This document shows positions 59,308-64,000 of a stretch of DNA of 64,000 nucleotides, piece by piece. Origin of the DNA: an uncultured Acidobacteriota bacterium. Lineage in GTDB: Bacteria; Acidobacteriota; Vicinamibacteria; Vicinamibacterales; UBA2999. The notes under the pieces were generated by a model, which saw only the letters and a list, made by a program, of their open reading frames with translations, was not told where the DNA came from and did not search any database. The stretch spans positions 508,457 to 572,456 of the forward strand of contig CAVVST010000005.1 in NCBI GenBank assembly GCA_963750995.1, given 5' to 3'. A program made the position numbers and the translations under genes. Within the stretch, counting starts at the first letter, position 1, and the number at the start of each line of letters is the position of its first letter.

Positions 59308-60233
59308 GGATTGATCCGCCGCGCGGCGTAGTAGCCACGCCGGGCGCGGGTGAAGTAGTTCCGGTCCTTCACTTTCACCCGAATCGCACGCCAGCCGTCG
59401 TCGGGTGGACGCGACGACACGTAGCCGAGGACATACTGTTTGTTGAGTTCGTTGGCGATGCGCTCGGTCGCCGGCCCGAGGTCTTCCGCCGCCCGCACTA
59501 CTTCAGTGTAGCCGCCGCTCTGGCCGGTAATCTCGCGCAGCGCCTCGGGATTGACGCGCGTGCTGGCGAGCGCGCCCGGCGCGTCAATCGCAATGGCATA
59601 GACGAAGGGATCGGTACGGCGCAAGACGTCGCGCGCCTGCCGAAGGGTGAAGTCGCTCGCGGTGTCGGCGCCGTCAGACACCACGACCAGCGCCGCCCGC
59701 GTGTGGATGCGGTAATCGAACATCGGCGCCGACGCCACCAGCGCGTCGTAAATGGCGGTGCCGCCGGTGGGGCGAAAGGTGTCGAGGCGCCCCCTGAGCG
59801 TGACCGGCGGCTGCGTCCAGGGCGCGACGAGATGCGGTTCGTGATTGAACGCCGCCATGAAGACCTCATCGCCGCTCTCGAGCAGACCGCCAACGAACCG
59901 GTCCACGGCCCCGCGCGCGTCGACGATCGGCTGCCCGCGCATGCTGTCGCTGGCATCCAGCAGCACCCCGAGGCTGACCGGCACCCGCTCGTCGGTGAAC
60001 TGGGTCACCGTCTGCGGGATCTCGTCCTCGAGGATCTGGAAATCGTCCCTGGTGAGGCCCGTAATCAGCCGGCCGCCGGCGTCGATGACCGTGACGGTGA
60101 CCTGGACGGTGTCAACCCGCGCCCTGAACGTCTGCGCGCCTGACGACACCACGAAGCACACGAAAAGTACGAAGATCACGAATACCCTTTTGGGTTCGTG
60201 TCCTTCGTCTCCTTCGAGCCCTTCGTGGTTCAT
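59304..60233 (-). CDS. VWA domain protein of the acidobacterial VWFA-related type (TIGR03436-like)
   Basis: ..QTFRARVDTVQVTVTVIDAGGRLITGLTRDDFQILEDEIPQTVTQF..VSLGVLLDASDSMRG.. The N-terminal MNHEGLEGDEGHEPKRVFVIFVLFVCFVV is encoded by both arms of a hairpin repeat. Confidence 0.85.
   Translation of the reverse strand: MNHEGLEGDEGHEPKRVFVIFVLFVCFVVSSGAQTFRARVDTVQVTVTVIDAGGRLITGLTRDDFQILEDEIPQTVTQFTDERVPVSLGVLLDASDSMRGQPIVDARGAVDRFVGGLLESGDEVFMAAFNHEPHLVAPWTQPPVTLRGRLDTFRPTGGTAIYDALVASAPMFDYRIHTRAALVVVSDGADTASDFTLRQARDVLRRTDPFVYAIAIDAPGALASTRVNPEALREITGQSGGYTEVVRAAEDLGPATERIANELNKQYVLGYVSSRPPDDGWRAIRVKVKDRNYFTRARRGYYAARRINP
60148..60230. repeat. CACGAA/TTCGTG hairpin repeat immediately downstream of the carB stop, overlapping the VWA 5' coding end
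   Basis: ACCACGAAGCACACGAAAAGTACGAAGATCACGAAT accctttt GGGTTCGTGTCCTTCGTCTCCTTCGAGCCCTTCGTGGTT. Confidence 0.65.
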
Positions 60234-60240
60234 GGGGCGC

Positions 60241-63513
<3,273 letters not shown>

Positions 63514-63514
63514 A

Positions 63515-63596
63515 CCACGAAGGTCACGAGATTCGCGAAGAACACGACGAAAACGGTCATTCGTGCTCCTTCGTGACCTTCGTGTCGTCGTGATTC
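63515..63596. repeat. CACGAAG/CTTCGTG hairpin repeat filling the carA-carB spacer
   Basis: CACGAAGGTCACGA (63516-63529) is the exact reverse complement of TCGTGACCTTCGTG (63571-63584). The flanking units GAAGAACACGACGAA / TTCGTGCTCCTTC extend the imperfect stem. Confidence 0.7.
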
Positions 63597-63603
63597 AAAG
63601 CCG

Positions 63604-64000
63604 TCACTTCCTCTCCATCGACTCGAGGAACTGCTGGAAGAGGTAGTCGGCGTCGTGCGGGCCCGGGGAGGCCTCCGGATGATACTGCACCGAGAAAATC
63701 GGCTTCGACGTGTGGCGGAAGCCTTCGACGGTGCCGTCGTAGAGGTTGAGGTGAGTCACGCTGACGTCGGACGGGAGCGTGTCGGGATTGACCGCGAACC
63801 CGTGATTCTGCGATGTGATCTCGACCTTGCCCGAGGCGAGTTCCTTGACCGGGTGATTCGCGCCGCGGTGGCCGAACTTCAGCTTGAAGGTTTCGCCGCC
63901 GACGGCGAGCCCGAGTATCTGGTGGCCGAGGCAGATGCCGAACATCGGCACGTCGGACTTCACGAGGTCGCGGACGTTGCCGATGGCGTAGTCGAGCGCC
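63604..64000 (-). CDS. carA: carbamoyl-phosphate synthase small subunit, C-terminal glutamine amidotransferase part (continues beyond the window)
   Basis: ..[51 protein letters not shown].., stop at 63604-63606. Confidence 0.93.
   Translation of the reverse strand, partial: ALDYAIGNVRDLVKSDVPMFGICLGHQILGLAVGGETFKLKFGHRGANHPVKELASGKVEITSQNHGFAVNPDTLPSDVSVTHLNLYDGTVEGFRHTSKPIFSVQYHPEASPGPHDADYLFQQFLESMERK

Noticed and set aside
60148-60230. CRISPR-like array suggested by the periodic CACGAA/TTCGTG units
   Set aside because: Units are ~8 nt with no unique spacers, the two halves are inverted relative to each other (a hairpin), and no cas genes are nearby.

Overview
High-GC bacterial chromosome segment, probably from an Acidobacterium. 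The pointers are a TIGR03436-type VWFA protein, TIGR02999/ECF43-like sigma factors next to Ser/Thr kinases with PD40/TolB propellers, and CACGAAG/CTTCGTG hairpin repeats around a GxxExxY gene. All calls come from reading the sequence and ORF track; no database search was run.

Core block (44.2-64 kb): conserved and almost entirely intact. It holds tRNA-Gly and tRNA-Cys, a DUF481 OMP, a galT-like gene, yraN, a class-III aminotransferase, cysS, ribF, a PhnP-like MBL hydrolase, DUF1844, mazG, a GxxExxY gene, comEC (one frameshift), a REC-DHp-REC / mini-DHp / NtrC-type operon, the VWFA protein, carB and the 3' end of carA.

Accessory region (1-44.2 kb): heavily decayed.
- Transposase, resolvase and IS fragments at 1-0.6 kb and 19.2-24 kb.
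- Gene fragments abutting head to head.
- Frameshift-riddled genes: qNor-type norB, a porin, a Ser/Thr kinase, a beta-helix protein, and an ArsR-rhodanese / MBL / MFS / methyltransferase cluster.
- Intact genes scattered among them: two AI-2E permeases, YceI, SRPBCC, cupin, SYLF, a histidine kinase, two ECF sigma factors, a HAF-repeat protein and a small OMP.

Most notable structure: a ~19.4-kb island (24847-44310) bounded by intact tRNA-Cys and a perfect 45-nt copy of its 3' half. Paired GGTCCCAA motifs sit in inverted orientation just inside both ends. No recognisable integrase remains.

Other points worth checking:
- An ArsM/UbiE-like methyltransferase whose only defect is a TGA at the conserved Cys codon, followed by a SECIS-like hairpin.
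- An AT-richer orphan papain-like cysteine peptidase next to the att site.
- Two unexplained ~115-120-nt repeat families.
- A galT-like gene with Cys in place of the nucleophilic His.
- A histidine-phosphotransfer operon with no ATPase domain.

No rRNA and no CRISPR array were seen. The clustered frameshifts may be true pseudogenisation or locally poor consensus; the sequence alone cannot decide.
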